DNA from: Candidatus Eiseniibacteriota bacterium
GTDB taxonomy: Bacteria; Orphanbacterota; Orphanbacteria; Orphanbacterales; Orphanbacteraceae
Length of the DNA stretch: 64,000 nt
Assembly (NCBI GenBank): GCA_016930695.1
Contig: JAFGGD010000034.1
Coordinates: 135,375-199,374, forward strand
Reading direction: 5' to 3'
Below, piece after piece: positions 1 through 10,509 of the stretch. Below the pieces are notes generated by a model. That model did no database searches, was not told where the DNA came from, and was given only the letters and a program-made list of their open reading frames with translations. A program made the translations under genes and the position numbers. Each line of letters starts with the position of its first letter. The first letter of the stretch is position 1.

Positions 1-2
1 AT

Positions 3-2180
3 TTCCACGCCGGCATCGATCTCTCCACCAACGGGAAGACCGGATACAAGGTGCGGGCCGTCGCCGACGGCGAGGTGTACCGGATCCGCACCTCTCCCTA
101 CGGGTACGGCAAGTCGATATACCTCGCCTTTCCCGACGGCCGTATCGCGGTGTATGCGCACCTCTCCGACTTCGCCCCGCACCTGCGGGAGATGGTGGAG
201 AGGGAGCAGGAGAGGATCGGTCGATACGAGGTCGAAATCCGTCTCCCCGCCGGGTCGGCGCCGGTCAGCGCCGGGGAAGTGATCGGTTACAGCGGGCAGA
301 CGGGGATCGGCGCCCCCCATCTTCATTTCGAGCTGAGGGACGGCGAGAACGTCCCGCTGAATCCGGTGCTCCACGGGTTCCCGATCAGCGACGAGGAGCC
401 CCCCGTCATCCGATCAGTGCTTCTCTCTCCTCTCGAGAACGACGCACGCGTGGAGGGTTCGATCCGGCCGCTTCCGCTCGACATGGTTTGGTCCGACACG
501 GAAGGATGCTACCGGACCGAGAGGGTCGTCCGGGTCGAGGGGCCCGTCGGCGTGATGATCAGCTGCGATGACGGACAGAGCGGTTGTTCGCGCCGGAAGC
601 TCGGCGTCTACAGCTTCGACCTCCGCGTGGACGACGAACTCACCTACCGCTCCCGTTTCGACAGCTTCACCTACGACGTGGCCTCCCTGGTCGGCATCGA
701 GTTCGATTTGGGGATGATCGAGCGGGGAGGCGGCCGTTTTCACAGGCTTTACTCGACGGCGCCCAACCTGCTCCCCTTCACGCTGATCGACCGGACCCAC
801 ACGGGTGTGATCGTCGGCGCCGGCCGTAACGAATACGGCGACGGCGTCGTCCTCGCCGAGGGGCTCCACCACCTGGAGGCGTCCGTGGGGGACGCCAACG
901 GCAACTACTCCCGCGCCGTGATCGCCGTGGTGGTGGGCGGGCCGCCGGAGATCCGCCGCGCCAGTTTCGCCGGCGACGACGAGGTGACCGTTTTCGTGGA
1001 GGGATCGCCGTCGCGGATCGGCGACTTCGTCGTTTCCCGTTCTCTGAACGGCGGGCGGCACTGGGAGAGCCGCCCCGCGACCTACGCGGCCGGCAAGGAC
1101 GCCTGGGTGACGGAGGGCTTTACCCGCCTGCAGGAGGAGAGGAAACCGCTCCTCTACCGGATCGAGCTTTCCACGGTGGAGGGCGTGCAGCGCCGCCCGT
1201 ATTTCGTCTTCCGCAACTACGAGGGGCTCCCGACGCCGGAGCCGGCGATGACCCTCGACATCGAGTACCACGCCGGCACGGCCCTCCTCAATCTCGGGGT
1301 GGATCGCGTCTTCCCCTACGAGGTGGAGGCACGGGTGATCCGCGACGGGAAGAGCCCCCTCCGCCCGCCGATGGTGCAGGCCGGGCCGAATCACTACGAA
1401 GGGATCCTTCCCCTCGACCAGCTCGATTCCGAGCCGGCTTGGGTGGAGGTGACCCTCTCGGGACGCGACGGGATGGAGTGGTCCACCCTGAAGGAGATCC
1501 GCACGATGCGGGTGTCCGCCGCCCGGGGAGGAGAGGTGACCGACAAGAGCGGCCGCGCCTCGATCCGCTTCGACCGGAGCGGGCTGGTGCGCGACACGCA
1601 TTTCCGGATCGAAGAGGAGGAAGGACCGCCCCTGGAGCGGGGGCTCTCCTACGCCAGCCCCGTCTACCGCTTCGAGCCGGCCGACGCGCTTCTGCGCGGC
1701 GACGCGGTCATCTCGATCAAACCCTCCGCCGGCGCCGACGCGGGGAAGCGGGTCGCGCTCTACCGGCTCGATACGCACGGTCGCTGGCAGTTCGTCACCC
1801 GTCGTGTCGATCCGGCCGCGCCCACCGTCGACGTCTCCACTCATTCCCTCTCCCGGTACGCGCTGATCCGGGACGAAGCGGTCCCCGCCATCTTCGGCGT
1901 CTATCCGGCCGACGGCGCGACGGTGCGTACCCTCCGCCCCCGCCTGCAGGCGAAGGTGACCGACGTGGGCGCCGGCTTCGAGAGCGAAGACCTGCAGATT
2001 CACCTGGACGGAAAACGGATGATCGCCGAGTGGGATCCGGAGAGGGAGATCCTCACCTACTCGCTCCGCGCGCCGCTCCGTCCCGGTTCGCACAAGATGA
2101 TCGTGTACGCCGTCGACCGAGCCGGAAACAGCGCCAAGAGCGAATCCGTCTTCTACGTCTCCGGCGAGGCGGGTCGATGA
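3..2180 (+). CDS. M23 family metallopeptidase with long C-terminal extension (5'-truncated by window edge)
   Basis: Frame is open from base 3: FHAGIDLST (HxxxD), YAHL, and APHLHFELR (HxH) M23 motifs; C-terminal Ig-like segment (VYAVDRAGN). Confidence 0.85.
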   Translation, partial: FHAGIDLSTNGKTGYKVRAVADGEVYRIRTSPYGYGKSIYLAFPDGRIAVYAHLSDFAPHLREMVEREQERIGRYEVEIRLPAGSAPVSAGEVIGYSGQTGIGAPHLHFELRDGENVPLNPVLHGFPISDEEPPVIRSVLLSPLENDARVEGSIRPLPLDMVWSDTEGCYRTERVVRVEGPVGVMISCDDGQSGCSRRKLGVYSFDLRVDDELTYRSRFDSFTYDVASLVGIEFDLGMIERGGGRFHRLYSTAPNLLPFTLIDRTHTGVIVGAGRNEYGDGVVLAEGLHHLEASVGDANGNYSRAVIAVVVGGPPEIRRASFAGDDEVTVFVEGSPSRIGDFVVSRSLNGGRHWESRPATYAAGKDAWVTEGFTRLQEERKPLLYRIELSTVEGVQRRPYFVFRNYEGLPTPEPAMTLDIEYHAGTALLNLGVDRVFPYEVEARVIRDGKSPLRPPMVQAGPNHYEGILPLDQLDSEPAWVEVTLSGRDGMEWSTLKEIRTMRVSAARGGEVTDKSGRASIRFDRSGLVRDTHFRIEEEEGPPLERGLSYASPVYRFEPADALLRGDAVISIKPSAGADAGKRVALYRLDTHGRWQFVTRRVDPAAPTVDVSTHSLSRYALIRDEAVPAIFGVYPADGATVRTLRPRLQAKVTDVGAGFESEDLQIHLDGKRMIAEWDPEREILTYSLRAPLRPGSHKMIVYAVDRAGNSAKSESVFYVSGEAGR

Positions 2181-5100
2181 CCGGAGCGCCCCCTTTCGTC
2201 CATCTCCACAATCACAGCGATCTCAGCCTGCTGGACGGCGCGCTGCGCGTCGAGGACCTGGTGCGCCGCGCCGTCGAGGAGGGGATGCCGGCGGTGGCGC
2301 TCACCGACCACGGCAACATGTTCGCGGCGATCCGTTTCTACGAAGAGGGATTGCGCGCGGGGGTGAAGCCGATCATCGGCTCGGAAATGTACCTCACCCT
2401 CGGGAGCCGTTTCGACCGGAAGAGCGCCCGCGCCGGCGGCGACCGCACCTACCACATGGTCCTTCTTGCCGAGAACGAGATCGGTTTTCGAAACCTGATC
2501 AAGCTCTCCACCGCTTCCTACCTGGAGGGTTTCTACTACAAGCCGCGGATCGATATGGAGCTGCTCCGGGAGAGGAGCGAGGGTCTGATCGCCCTCACCG
2601 CCTGCATGAGGGGACCGGTCACGGTGCCGGTGATCGCCGGCGACATGGAGAGGGCGGAGGAGAGGGCGCGCATGCTCCTCGACATCTTCGGGCCGGACCG
2701 TCTCTTTCTCGAGGTGCAAAACCACGGGATCGAAGAGGAGAGGATCGCCCTGGAGGGGCTTCGGAAACTGGGCCGGAAGATGGGGCTGGGGCTGGTGGCG
2801 ACCAACGACTGCCACTATCTGACTCCGGATCACGCCGATTCGCATGACATCCTCCTCTGCATCGGCACCGGCAAGGACCTGAACGATCCGAACCGTCTTC
2901 GCTATACGACGAGCCGGAATCACTTCGCCTCCGCCGAGGAGATGGCGCGCCTCTTCCCCGACGACCCGGAGGCGCTCGCGAACACGGTCCGGATCGCGGA
3001 CCGGATCGACCTCGCCATCGACCTGGAGACCCCCCACCTCCCCGAAGCGCCGATCCCGGAGGGTTTCGCGGACGCCGACGCCTACCTCGCCCATCTGGTC
3101 CGCGAGGCGATTCCGAAGCGCTACCCCGGCGCGGACGGAGGGATCGAAGAACGAGTCACATACGAGCTGGACGTGATCCGCAAGGTGGGCTACGCGGGGT
3201 ACTTCATCATCGTCCGCGACTTCATCCGAGCGGCGCGGGAGAGGGGGATCCCGGTCGGGCCGGGCCGGGGCTCCGCGGCGGGGAGCATCGTCGCGTACCT
3301 CCTGCGGATCACCGACGTGGACCCGATGCGCTTCTCCCTTCTCTTCGAGCGCTTCCTCAACCCGGAGCGGGTCAGCTTCCCCGACATCGATATCGACTTC
3401 TGCTACAACCGCCGCGGCGAGGTGATCGAATACGTGATCGAGAAGTACGGCGAGAGGAGCGTCGCCCAGATCATCACCTTCGGCACGATGGCCGCCCGGG
3501 CGGTGATCCGGGACGTGGGCCGGGTGCTGCAGGTTCCCTACGCCGAGGTGGACAAGATCGCCAAACAGGTGCCGGCGGACGTGGGCATGACCCTCGCCCG
3601 AGCCGAGGAGCGCGTGCCGGAGTTGAAGGAGATCGCCGACGGCGAGGGAAGCTACGCCGATCTGTGGCGCCACGCCCGCAACCTGGAGGGTTTCGCCCGT
3701 CACGCCTCGACCCACGCGGCGGGTGTGCTGATCGCGCCCGGCGACATCACCGATTACGTCCCCCTCTATCGAGCGAGCACAGGCGACACCACGACGCAGT
3801 GGGACATGAAGGCGTGCGAGAAGGTGGGCCTCCTCAAGATGGACTTTCTCGGGCTCCGCACGCTGACCGTTCTGCACGACGCGGTCGCCCTGATTCGGGA
3901 GACGAGCGGCGTGGACGTGGACCTCTCCGCGCTGCCGCTCGACGACCCCGACACATTCCGGCTCCTCTCGGCGGGAGAGACGGTGGGCGTCTTCCAGCTC
4001 GAGTCCTCCGGAATGCGGGATCTCCTGGTCCGCCTCCAGCCGGGAGGCTTCGACGACATCATCGCCGTGAACGCCCTCTTCCGCCCCGGCCCGCTCGGCA
4101 GCGGCATGGTGGAGGACTTCATCGAACGGCGTCACGGCCGCAAGAAGATCCGTTACCTCGACCCCTGCCTGGAGCCGATCTTGAAGGACACCTACGGGGT
4201 GATCCTCTACCAGGAGCAGGTGATGCAGATCGCCAACTGCATGGGCGGTTTCACCTACGGAGAGGCGGACATCCTCCGCCGGGCGATGGGGAAGAAGAAG
4301 AAGGAGGAGATGGCGGAGCAGCGCGCCGTCTTCGTGGATCGCGCCGTCGGGAAGGGATTCGCGCGGGCGAAGGCGGAGAAGATGTTCGACCTGATGGCCT
4401 TTTTCGCCGGTTATGGGTTCAACAAGTCCCACTCCACCGCCTACGCGCTCCTCTCCTATCACACCGCCTGGTTGAAGGCGCACTACCCGAGGGAGTTCCT
4501 CGCCGCCACCCTCACCAGCGAGATGAGCGACACGGACCGGGTGGTGACGCTGATCGGCGAGCTGAACCGCCTCGGCATCCCTCTGCTGCCGCCGGACGTG
4601 AACCACTCCGGAGCGGTCTTTACGTGCGAGGGGGAAGGCGTGCGCTTCGGCCTCGCGGCGGTGAAGAACGTGGGGCGCTCGGCGGTGGAATCGGTTCTCC
4701 TCGCCCGAGAGGAGCACGGCCCCTTCCACAGCCTCTTCCATCTTTGCGAACAGCTCGACCTTCATCTCTTCAATAAAAGAACGCTCGAGTCGCTGATCCA
4801 GGCGGGGGCGCTCGACCGCTTCTCGCCGAACCGCGCCGCTCTTCTCGCCGCCGCGGAGACGGCGCTGGAACGGGCGAACCGGATACGGGTCGACCGGGAC
4901 CGCGGCCAAACCCTCCTCTTCGACGGCGCCGGCGACGGCGCGGCGATCCCCGAGCCGCCCCTCCCCGACGCGCCCCCCTGGGCCCGCCGGGACACGCTGG
5001 AGAGGGAGAAGGCGGTGCTCGGTTTCTACGTGAGCGGCCACCCCCTCGCCGATTTCGCCGACGAACTCCGTTTCACCAACACCGATTCCGCCGGCCTGGA

Positions 5101-5626
5101 GAGGCTCGCCGACGGCGACCGGGTCGCCCTCGCCGGCATGGTGCTCGGCAGCCGCCGGATCCTCGACCGGAAAGGTGAGCCGATGGCTTTCGTGCAGGTG
5201 GAGGACTTCAAGGGAACCACCGAAGTGGTGCTCTTCTCCCGCGCGTTCAAGCCGGCGGAGCCCCTCCTGGGAGAAGGGGAGCCTCTCCTTTTCCGGGGGA
5301 CGATCAGCGCCCGCCGCGACGAGGCTCCCAAGCTCCTCGTGGAGGACGTGACCCGTCTTGCCGAGGCGCGCGTCCGATTCGCCCGCCTTCTCCGCATCCG
5401 CGCCCCGCTGGATCGGCTCGGCGAGGACTCGCTCGCCGAGATGCGCTCCCTCTTCGAGGCGCACCCCGGCCCTTGCCCCGTGCAGATCCTGGTGGACACG
5501 GGGGAGGGGGACGTGGAGATCCGTTCGCGCCGCTTCCGCGTGGAGCCGGCGAAGGAACTTGTGGAGCGCCTCCGCCGGACCGTGGGAAAAGAAGCGGTTC
5601 AGCTGGTGGGCGACGCGGCGGGATGA
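2177..5626 (+). CDS. dnaE: DNA polymerase III alpha subunit
   Basis: ATG 2177 overlaps the upstream stop (ATGA); PHP HLHNHSDLSLLDG/TDHG, GPGRGSAAGS, PDIDIDF, GLLKMDFLGLRTL, FNKSHS, OB fold. Confidence 0.98.
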   Translation: MTGAPPFVHLHNHSDLSLLDGALRVEDLVRRAVEEGMPAVALTDHGNMFAAIRFYEEGLRAGVKPIIGSEMYLTLGSRFDRKSARAGGDRTYHMVLLAENEIGFRNLIKLSTASYLEGFYYKPRIDMELLRERSEGLIALTACMRGPVTVPVIAGDMERAEERARMLLDIFGPDRLFLEVQNHGIEEERIALEGLRKLGRKMGLGLVATNDCHYLTPDHADSHDILLCIGTGKDLNDPNRLRYTTSRNHFASAEEMARLFPDDPEALANTVRIADRIDLAIDLETPHLPEAPIPEGFADADAYLAHLVREAIPKRYPGADGGIEERVTYELDVIRKVGYAGYFIIVRDFIRAARERGIPVGPGRGSAAGSIVAYLLRITDVDPMRFSLLFERFLNPERVSFPDIDIDFCYNRRGEVIEYVIEKYGERSVAQIITFGTMAARAVIRDVGRVLQVPYAEVDKIAKQVPADVGMTLARAEERVPELKEIADGEGSYADLWRHARNLEGFARHASTHAAGVLIAPGDITDYVPLYRASTGDTTTQWDMKACEKVGLLKMDFLGLRTLTVLHDAVALIRETSGVDVDLSALPLDDPDTFRLLSAGETVGVFQLESSGMRDLLVRLQPGGFDDIIAVNALFRPGPLGSGMVEDFIERRHGRKKIRYLDPCLEPILKDTYGVILYQEQVMQIANCMGGFTYGEADILRRAMGKKKKEEMAEQRAVFVDRAVGKGFARAKAEKMFDLMAFFAGYGFNKSHSTAYALLSYHTAWLKAHYPREFLAATLTSEMSDTDRVVTLIGELNRLGIPLLPPDVNHSGAVFTCEGEGVRFGLAAVKNVGRSAVESVLLAREEHGPFHSLFHLCEQLDLHLFNKRTLESLIQAGALDRFSPNRAALLAAAETALERANRIRVDRDRGQTLLFDGAGDGAAIPEPPLPDAPPWARRDTLEREKAVLGFYVSGHPLADFADELRFTNTDSAGLERLADGDRVALAGMVLGSRRILDRKGEPMAFVQVEDFKGTTEVVLFSRAFKPAEPLLGEGEPLLFRGTISARRDEAPKLLVEDVTRLAEARVRFARLLRIRAPLDRLGEDSLAEMRSLFEAHPGPCPVQILVDTGEGDVEIRSRRFRVEPAKELVERLRRTVGKEAVQLVGDAAG

Positions 5627-6411
5627 GCGCGCCGGTGATCGATCTCCCGGAAGGCTCCTACGAGGCTTTCGCCCGGGTCTACGACGCCGCCGGTTTCGAC
5701 CGCTTCGCCCTCTCCCTCGCCGGCCGCGTCGAAGAGATGATTCGCCGTACGGGCGCGCGCCGCCTCGTCGATCTCGCCTGCGGCACGGGGAGCCTCCTCA
5801 TCCGCCTCGCCCCGCGGGTCCTCTTCGCCGCCGGCCTCGACCGCTCCCCCGCCATGATCGCCCGCGCCCGCGCCAAGGGAGCGGCGCGGACGGCGGTCGG
5901 TTCCATGGAGCGCGCTCCCTTCCGCCCGCGCCTCGACCTGGCGCTCTGCCTCTACGACAGCCTGAACTACTGCGCCGGGGAGGAGGATCTGCGGCGCGCT
6001 CTCGGTGGGATCCGCCGCGCGGTCCGCCCCGGCGGGTGTCTCCTCTTCGACCTGAACACCGAAGAGGCCTACCGCGCCGTGTGGGGGGGAGGCGATGCTT
6101 TCCGCGCGCGGACGCCTGAAGGGAATCTGGTGATCCGCTCTTCCTATGACCGTTTTGCCGGCATCGCCCGCGCGGAGGTGGACGTGGATACGCGGGATGG
6201 GGGAAAGAGGTCGATTCTCCGTTCGGTTCATCGACAGTATTTCCATCCCGAGGGGCGCGTGGAAGAAGCGCTCCGCCGGGCGGGATGGGAGGAGGAAGCG
6301 CGCGAGACGATCGATCCCTTCCCGGGGGGCGACGCGAGCCTTCCCGGCGGCAAGACGCTCTGGACGGCGCGCGCCGCCGCGCCGCCGGAGGGGGAAAGGG
6401 AAGAGGCGTGA
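5623..6411 (+). CDS. Class I SAM-dependent methyltransferase
   Basis: ATGA overlap with dnaE; motif I VDLACGTG, GLDRSPAM, CLYDSLNY, PGGCLLFD. Confidence 0.88.
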   Translation: MSAPVIDLPEGSYEAFARVYDAAGFDRFALSLAGRVEEMIRRTGARRLVDLACGTGSLLIRLAPRVLFAAGLDRSPAMIARARAKGAARTAVGSMERAPFRPRLDLALCLYDSLNYCAGEEDLRRALGGIRRAVRPGGCLLFDLNTEEAYRAVWGGGDAFRARTPEGNLVIRSSYDRFAGIARAEVDVDTRDGGKRSILRSVHRQYFHPEGRVEEALRRAGWEEEARETIDPFPGGDASLPGGKTLWTARAAAPPEGEREEA

Positions 6412-7355
6412 CGCCGGACGAGGAAAAGGCGCGGTTGCTGGCCGAGGCGCGGCGGATCGGCTTCGACGCCGCCGGCGTGGCTCCCGCCGAGCTTCCGGCG
6501 GTGGAGAACACAAGGCTTCTCCGGTGGATCGCCGAGGGGCGGCACGGGACGATGGCGTGGATGGCGCGCCTCGCCGAGGCGCGCGTCGACCCCGGCTTTC
6601 TCCTCCCCGGGGCCCGCTCGATGCTGATGGTCGCTCTCGGCTACTGGCCGGGGGAGCGGCCGGCCGCCCCGGCGGACGGTCTCGTTTCGGTCTACGCTCG
6701 AGGGCGAGACTACCACCGTGTGATGCGCCCGATGCTTCGCCGCCTCCTCGTGTCGGCGGAGAAGATCCTTCCGGGCGCGCGCGGGAGGCCTTTCGTCGAT
6801 TCGGCGCCCGTCCTGGAGCGCGCCTACGCCGAAAGGGCGGGGCTCGGCTGGCGAGGGCGGAGCGCCAACCTGATCATTCCGGGAGCCGGTTCCTGGTTCT
6901 TTCTCGGCGGCCTGATCCTGGACCGGGATCTTCCGCCGGATGAGCCGGCCGAAAACCGGTGCGGGAGCTGCACCGCCTGCGTCGACGCCTGCCCGACCGG
7001 CGCCATCGGAAACGATTATCAGGTCGACGGATCGCGCTGTATTTCCTATCTTACAATCGAACATAAGGGCCCCGTGGCCGAAGAGAAGGAGGAAGGGTGC
7101 GGCGGATGGGTCTTCGGCTGCGACGTCTGCCAGAGCGTCTGCCCCTGGAACCGTTTCGCCCGCAAGACGGGCGCGGCGGACCTTCTCCCGCGCGGGGAGA
7201 TCGAAGGGCTCGACCTGGATGAAGCGCTCCGCCTCGATGAGGAGCGTTACGAACGCCTTTTCGAGGGGACGGCGGTGCGGCGCGCCGGATGGGCGCGCTT
7301 CCGGGAAGGCGTGCTCCGGGCGGCCCGCAACAGAGAACGGGGAAGAGGACGATGA
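6408..7355 (+). CDS. queG: tRNA epoxyqueuosine(34) reductase QueG
   Basis: GTGA overlap; YARGRDYH, FVDSAPVLER, CGSCTACVDACPT, RCISYLTIE, FGCDVCQSVCPWN. Confidence 0.95.
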   Translation: MTPDEEKARLLAEARRIGFDAAGVAPAELPAVENTRLLRWIAEGRHGTMAWMARLAEARVDPGFLLPGARSMLMVALGYWPGERPAAPADGLVSVYARGRDYHRVMRPMLRRLLVSAEKILPGARGRPFVDSAPVLERAYAERAGLGWRGRSANLIIPGAGSWFFLGGLILDRDLPPDEPAENRCGSCTACVDACPTGAIGNDYQVDGSRCISYLTIEHKGPVAEEKEEGCGGWVFGCDVCQSVCPWNRFARKTGAADLLPRGEIEGLDLDEALRLDEERYERLFEGTAVRRAGWARFREGVLRAARNRERGRGR

Positions 7356-7891
7356 ACCTTCCGATTCGCTGGTATGGAGACCCGGTCCTTCGCCGGAAGG
7401 CGGAGGAAGTGGATCCTTCGGACGGACGGCTGGACGGGCTGATCCGCGACATGATCGAGACGATGCACGAGGGGGACGGCATCGGCCTGGCGGCTCCGCA
7501 GGTCGGGCGCTCGGAGAGGCTGATCGTCATCGACGGAAGCGCTTTCGACGGCGATGAGCCCCGCGCTTTTCTGAACCCGAGAATCCTCGAGTCGTCGAAG
7601 GGCCGCGTGCTATACGAAGAGGGTTGCCTCTCGCTACCCGACCTCCGTGCGGACGTGGAGCGTCCCGAGGCGGTGCGGGTCCGCTACCGCACCGAGAGCG
7701 GGGAGGAGGTGGAGGAGGAGGCGGAGGGTCTCTACGCCCGCGTCCTCCAGCACGAGATCGACCACCTCGACGGTGTGCTCTTCGTCGACCGCCTCGGCGC
7801 GGCGCGGCGCGCCCTTCTCGCCAAACGCCTCCGCGAGATCCAGAGAAAAACGGAGATGCGCGTGCTGGAGGAGCCGCCGGACGGGCGGTGA
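7352..7891 (+). CDS. def: Peptide deformylase
   Basis: ATGA overlap; GIGLAAPQ, EGCLS, QHEIDHLDG motifs. Confidence 0.97.
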   Translation: MNLPIRWYGDPVLRRKAEEVDPSDGRLDGLIRDMIETMHEGDGIGLAAPQVGRSERLIVIDGSAFDGDEPRAFLNPRILESSKGRVLYEEGCLSLPDLRADVERPEAVRVRYRTESGEEVEEEAEGLYARVLQHEIDHLDGVLFVDRLGAARRALLAKRLREIQRKTEMRVLEEPPDGR

Positions 7892-7991
7892 AGATCTCCC
7901 CGCTTCGTGGAAGCTTCCCAGAAGAAAAACCCGCCCGGAGACTCTGAGTGGGCCGAGGGCGCGGTCTCTTTTCGCCGCCGGCTCACCCGCG

Positions 7992-9734
7992 TCACATCGT
8001 GAAGGATTCTTCCCAAACGCCGCGAAAGAAGGACCGGGCGTTCTTGCCGATCGTCCTCGTCTTGTATCCCCCTTCCTGCACGAAAAGGGTGGAGTAGGGG
8101 AGTTCGCCGATCATCCCGCCGATGGTGTGGAAATCCTCGGCGTCCAGCGACAACGATCCGGTGGGGTCACCGCGGGCGGTGTCGAGACCGAGGGCGACGA
8201 CAAGAAATCCCGGCTCGAACCTGCGAATCACCTGGAGCGCTTTTTTCAGCATGGCGACGTACTTCTCGTTCGACAGATTCTCGGGGAGGGGGTAGTTCAC
8301 GTTGAATCCTTCGCCCCCGCCCTCTCCTTTTTCCTCCTCGAATCCGCTGAAGAACGGATAGGCGTGCCGCGGATGTCCGTGCAAGGAGACCGTCAACACG
8401 TCGCTCCGGTTGTAGAAGATGCTCTGTTGGCCGTTGCCGTGGTGATAATCGATGTCGAGAATGGCGACTTTACCGTGACGGCTCAGGTAGTCGGCGGCGA
8501 TCGCGGTGGAATTGAAATAGCAGAACCCGCCGAACACGTCGCGTTCCGCGTGATGGCCCGGCGGCCGCACCAGGGCGTAGGCGAGGTACGAACCGTCGAG
8601 GACCGCCTTGGCCGCCGTGAGGGCGCAGTCCACCGCCGCGCGCGCCGCGAGATAGGCGTTCTTGTTGAGCGGCGTGAAGGTGTCGATGCAGTAGTAGCCC
8701 GCACGCATGGGAAGCTCCTTGGGCGGACGGGTATTGTTTCGAATCGGAAACACGTAGGGGTAAACCGACTCTTTCTCCGGGATGGAGGCGCACACTTTTC
8801 GCAGATAGTCGTAGAACCCGCGGTCGTGCACGGCGGTGATGTTGTGCTCGGCGAAACGCCTGGGCGGAACGCTCCGGAAGAGACCGGTCTTGTCGAGGGA
8901 CGACAGAATGGCGCGCACGCGGACGGGCGATTCCACGTAGCCCCTCTCCTGCACGTGATGGATGGCGTGCTGGTGATTGAACACCAGCACGATGAGCCTG
9001 TCGGCGGGGAGGGGCGGCTTCGCTTTCTCGGCGAGGGCGGGCGGGGCGTATTTCGACGGCCGGAAACGGACGGGGTCGTCGGTGATCGAACCGAGAACCA
9101 TGCCGACATATTCCTCGTCGCAGACGTCGCGATACTTCCGCTCCAGAACGGCTTCGACGATCCGCCGCATCTCGTCTCTTTTGAATTTTCTCTCCTTGCC
9201 GAGACCGTCCACGACGAGATAGGGGGGGCCGTCATCCCCCTCGCCGATCGGGGTTTCGTACCGGGTGCCGATCATCGGCGTGGCGCCGTATTTCTCGTAG
9301 AACCTCAGCCGGGCCCGGTTCTGCTTCAACAGCACGGGGTCCTTGCAGAGAAGGGGATCGTCCGGAAGACATTCGAAGAAGAGACCCTTCGCTTTCAGAA
9401 GGACGGCTTCTTCGCGGACGCGCTCGTAGAGAGCGCCCCCGACCCCCCGGCCGGTCAGGTGCTTGGCGGCGGAAATGTAGTCGAGGAAACAGAAGTCCAG
9501 ATCGGGCGCGTGCAGGAGAAGGGCGAAGCCGGTGATCTCCCCTTTACCGCTGTCCGCGATGAAGAGGATGGATCGGAAACGGTATTTCATGGGGTTCTTC
9601 AGCTGCTCGGGGAGCTTGTCCACGTCGTCGGGATGCAGCGTCGGAAATTGGTCGCGGAGGATCTGCTGGACCCGGTCGACCGCCTTCGCGTTCGTCGGGT
9701 TGTTGGCGTCGTAGATCCGTCGTATGCGGAACAT
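7992..9734 (-). CDS. GNAT acetyltransferase - histone deacetylase/acetylpolyamine amidohydrolase fusion
   Basis: N-terminal GNAT features (FLDYIS..TGRGVGGALY, RLRFYEKYG); C-terminal HDAC motifs RPPGHHA, GGFCYFN, DIDYHHGNG, GLDT, QEGGY. Confidence 0.88.
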   Translation of the reverse strand: MFRIRRIYDANNPTNAKAVDRVQQILRDQFPTLHPDDVDKLPEQLKNPMKYRFRSILFIADSGKGEITGFALLLHAPDLDFCFLDYISAAKHLTGRGVGGALYERVREEAVLLKAKGLFFECLPDDPLLCKDPVLLKQNRARLRFYEKYGATPMIGTRYETPIGEGDDGPPYLVVDGLGKERKFKRDEMRRIVEAVLERKYRDVCDEEYVGMVLGSITDDPVRFRPSKYAPPALAEKAKPPLPADRLIVLVFNHQHAIHHVQERGYVESPVRVRAILSSLDKTGLFRSVPPRRFAEHNITAVHDRGFYDYLRKVCASIPEKESVYPYVFPIRNNTRPPKELPMRAGYYCIDTFTPLNKNAYLAARAAVDCALTAAKAVLDGSYLAYALVRPPGHHAERDVFGGFCYFNSTAIAADYLSRHGKVAILDIDYHHGNGQQSIFYNRSDVLTVSLHGHPRHAYPFFSGFEEEKGEGGGEGFNVNYPLPENLSNEKYVAMLKKALQVIRRFEPGFLVVALGLDTARGDPTGSLSLDAEDFHTIGGMIGELPYSTLFVQEGGYKTRTIGKNARSFFRGVWEESFTM

Positions 9735-9811
9735 GTAGTGTCCCTCGTGAGGAGATTACGCCATCGGGGCCCGGCGACTTCGCATCTCTCGGTGTTTTCC
9801 GGAACCGCCGC

Positions 9812-10366
9812 TCACTCCGGGCGGCCCCTCGCGGGTTTCAGCAGCCCGGCCACGGCGAGCCCGGCGACCGCCCAAGCGGCGATGTCGTGGATCGTGAGCG
9901 CCGCCGCGTCCCCGAAGGAGTAACCGCCTATGCCGAACCTCGCTTGGAAACCGATCAGGCCGATCACGACTCCGATGGTCGCGAAGAAGAGGAACCTGCT
10001 CCCGAAGCGCGCGAGAACCCCGTCGGACGCCCGGGAGAGCAGCCACGCGCCGAGGATCGGGGCGAGAAGGAAGACCGCCAGACCGACGAGACTCTCCCGC
10101 CCGGCGTCATCGTGGCCCAGCCCGCTGTAATGGACGCCGAACACCGGAGCATCCCCGATGAACCTCCGGTCTCCGGTAAGCTCGGGGTTGCAGGCGTACT
10201 TCCCCGGTTCCGGCACGTTTTCCCTCAGCACCTCATAGACCAGGCGTTCGTCGGGAAGGGGTTTCATGTCGATGCGGCCCTTGAATCCCAAGAGACCGTT
10301 GACGACGACGAACCACACAAGAAGAACCACTCCGCCCGCAAGCCCCGCGCTCAGCACCCTCTTCAT
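9812..10366 (-). CDS. Hypothetical membrane protein (about 4 TM)
   Basis: ATG at 10366 with GGAGGA SD; MKRVLSAGLAGGVVLLVW plus three further hydrophobic segments. Confidence 0.7.
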   Translation of the reverse strand: MKRVLSAGLAGGVVLLVWFVVVNGLLGFKGRIDMKPLPDERLVYEVLRENVPEPGKYACNPELTGDRRFIGDAPVFGVHYSGLGHDDAGRESLVGLAVFLLAPILGAWLLSRASDGVLARFGSRFLFFATIGVVIGLIGFQARFGIGGYSFGDAAALTIHDIAAWAVAGLAVAGLLKPARGRPE

Positions 10367-10509
10367 TTTCGCATCCTCCGATTCCGTAACGGGAGGTTTG
10401 TTTCTGTCCGTCCCCCCGAGTGGCCGCTTGGATTCATGCCGTCCGCAAACGTCGGGTTTCGGACCGTGCCCGAAGGGAGGGCCGCAAGTGAAAGGGGAAT
10501 AGCCCCGTC

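Noticed and set aside
1030..1070. Asp-box-like SRSLNGGRHW in the M23 protein
   Set aside because: Single copy; insufficient to call a BNR/sialidase propeller.
1439..2176. Apparent 246-aa N-terminal extension of DnaE (similar extensions for PorU-like from 39587, HutH from 59277, MiaB from 15873)
   Set aside because: Arg/Gly/Pro-rich off-frame read-through of the upstream gene; true starts overlap the upstream stops.
2153..5464. Very long antisense ORFs (also 27388-29883, 45333-48365, 50914-54627)
   Set aside because: Shadow ORFs opposite clearly identified genes; expected from high-GC codon bias; no recognisable motifs.
2177..5626. Possible intein or split in dnaE
   Set aside because: Length is 1149 aa with contiguous motifs; no intein signatures seen.
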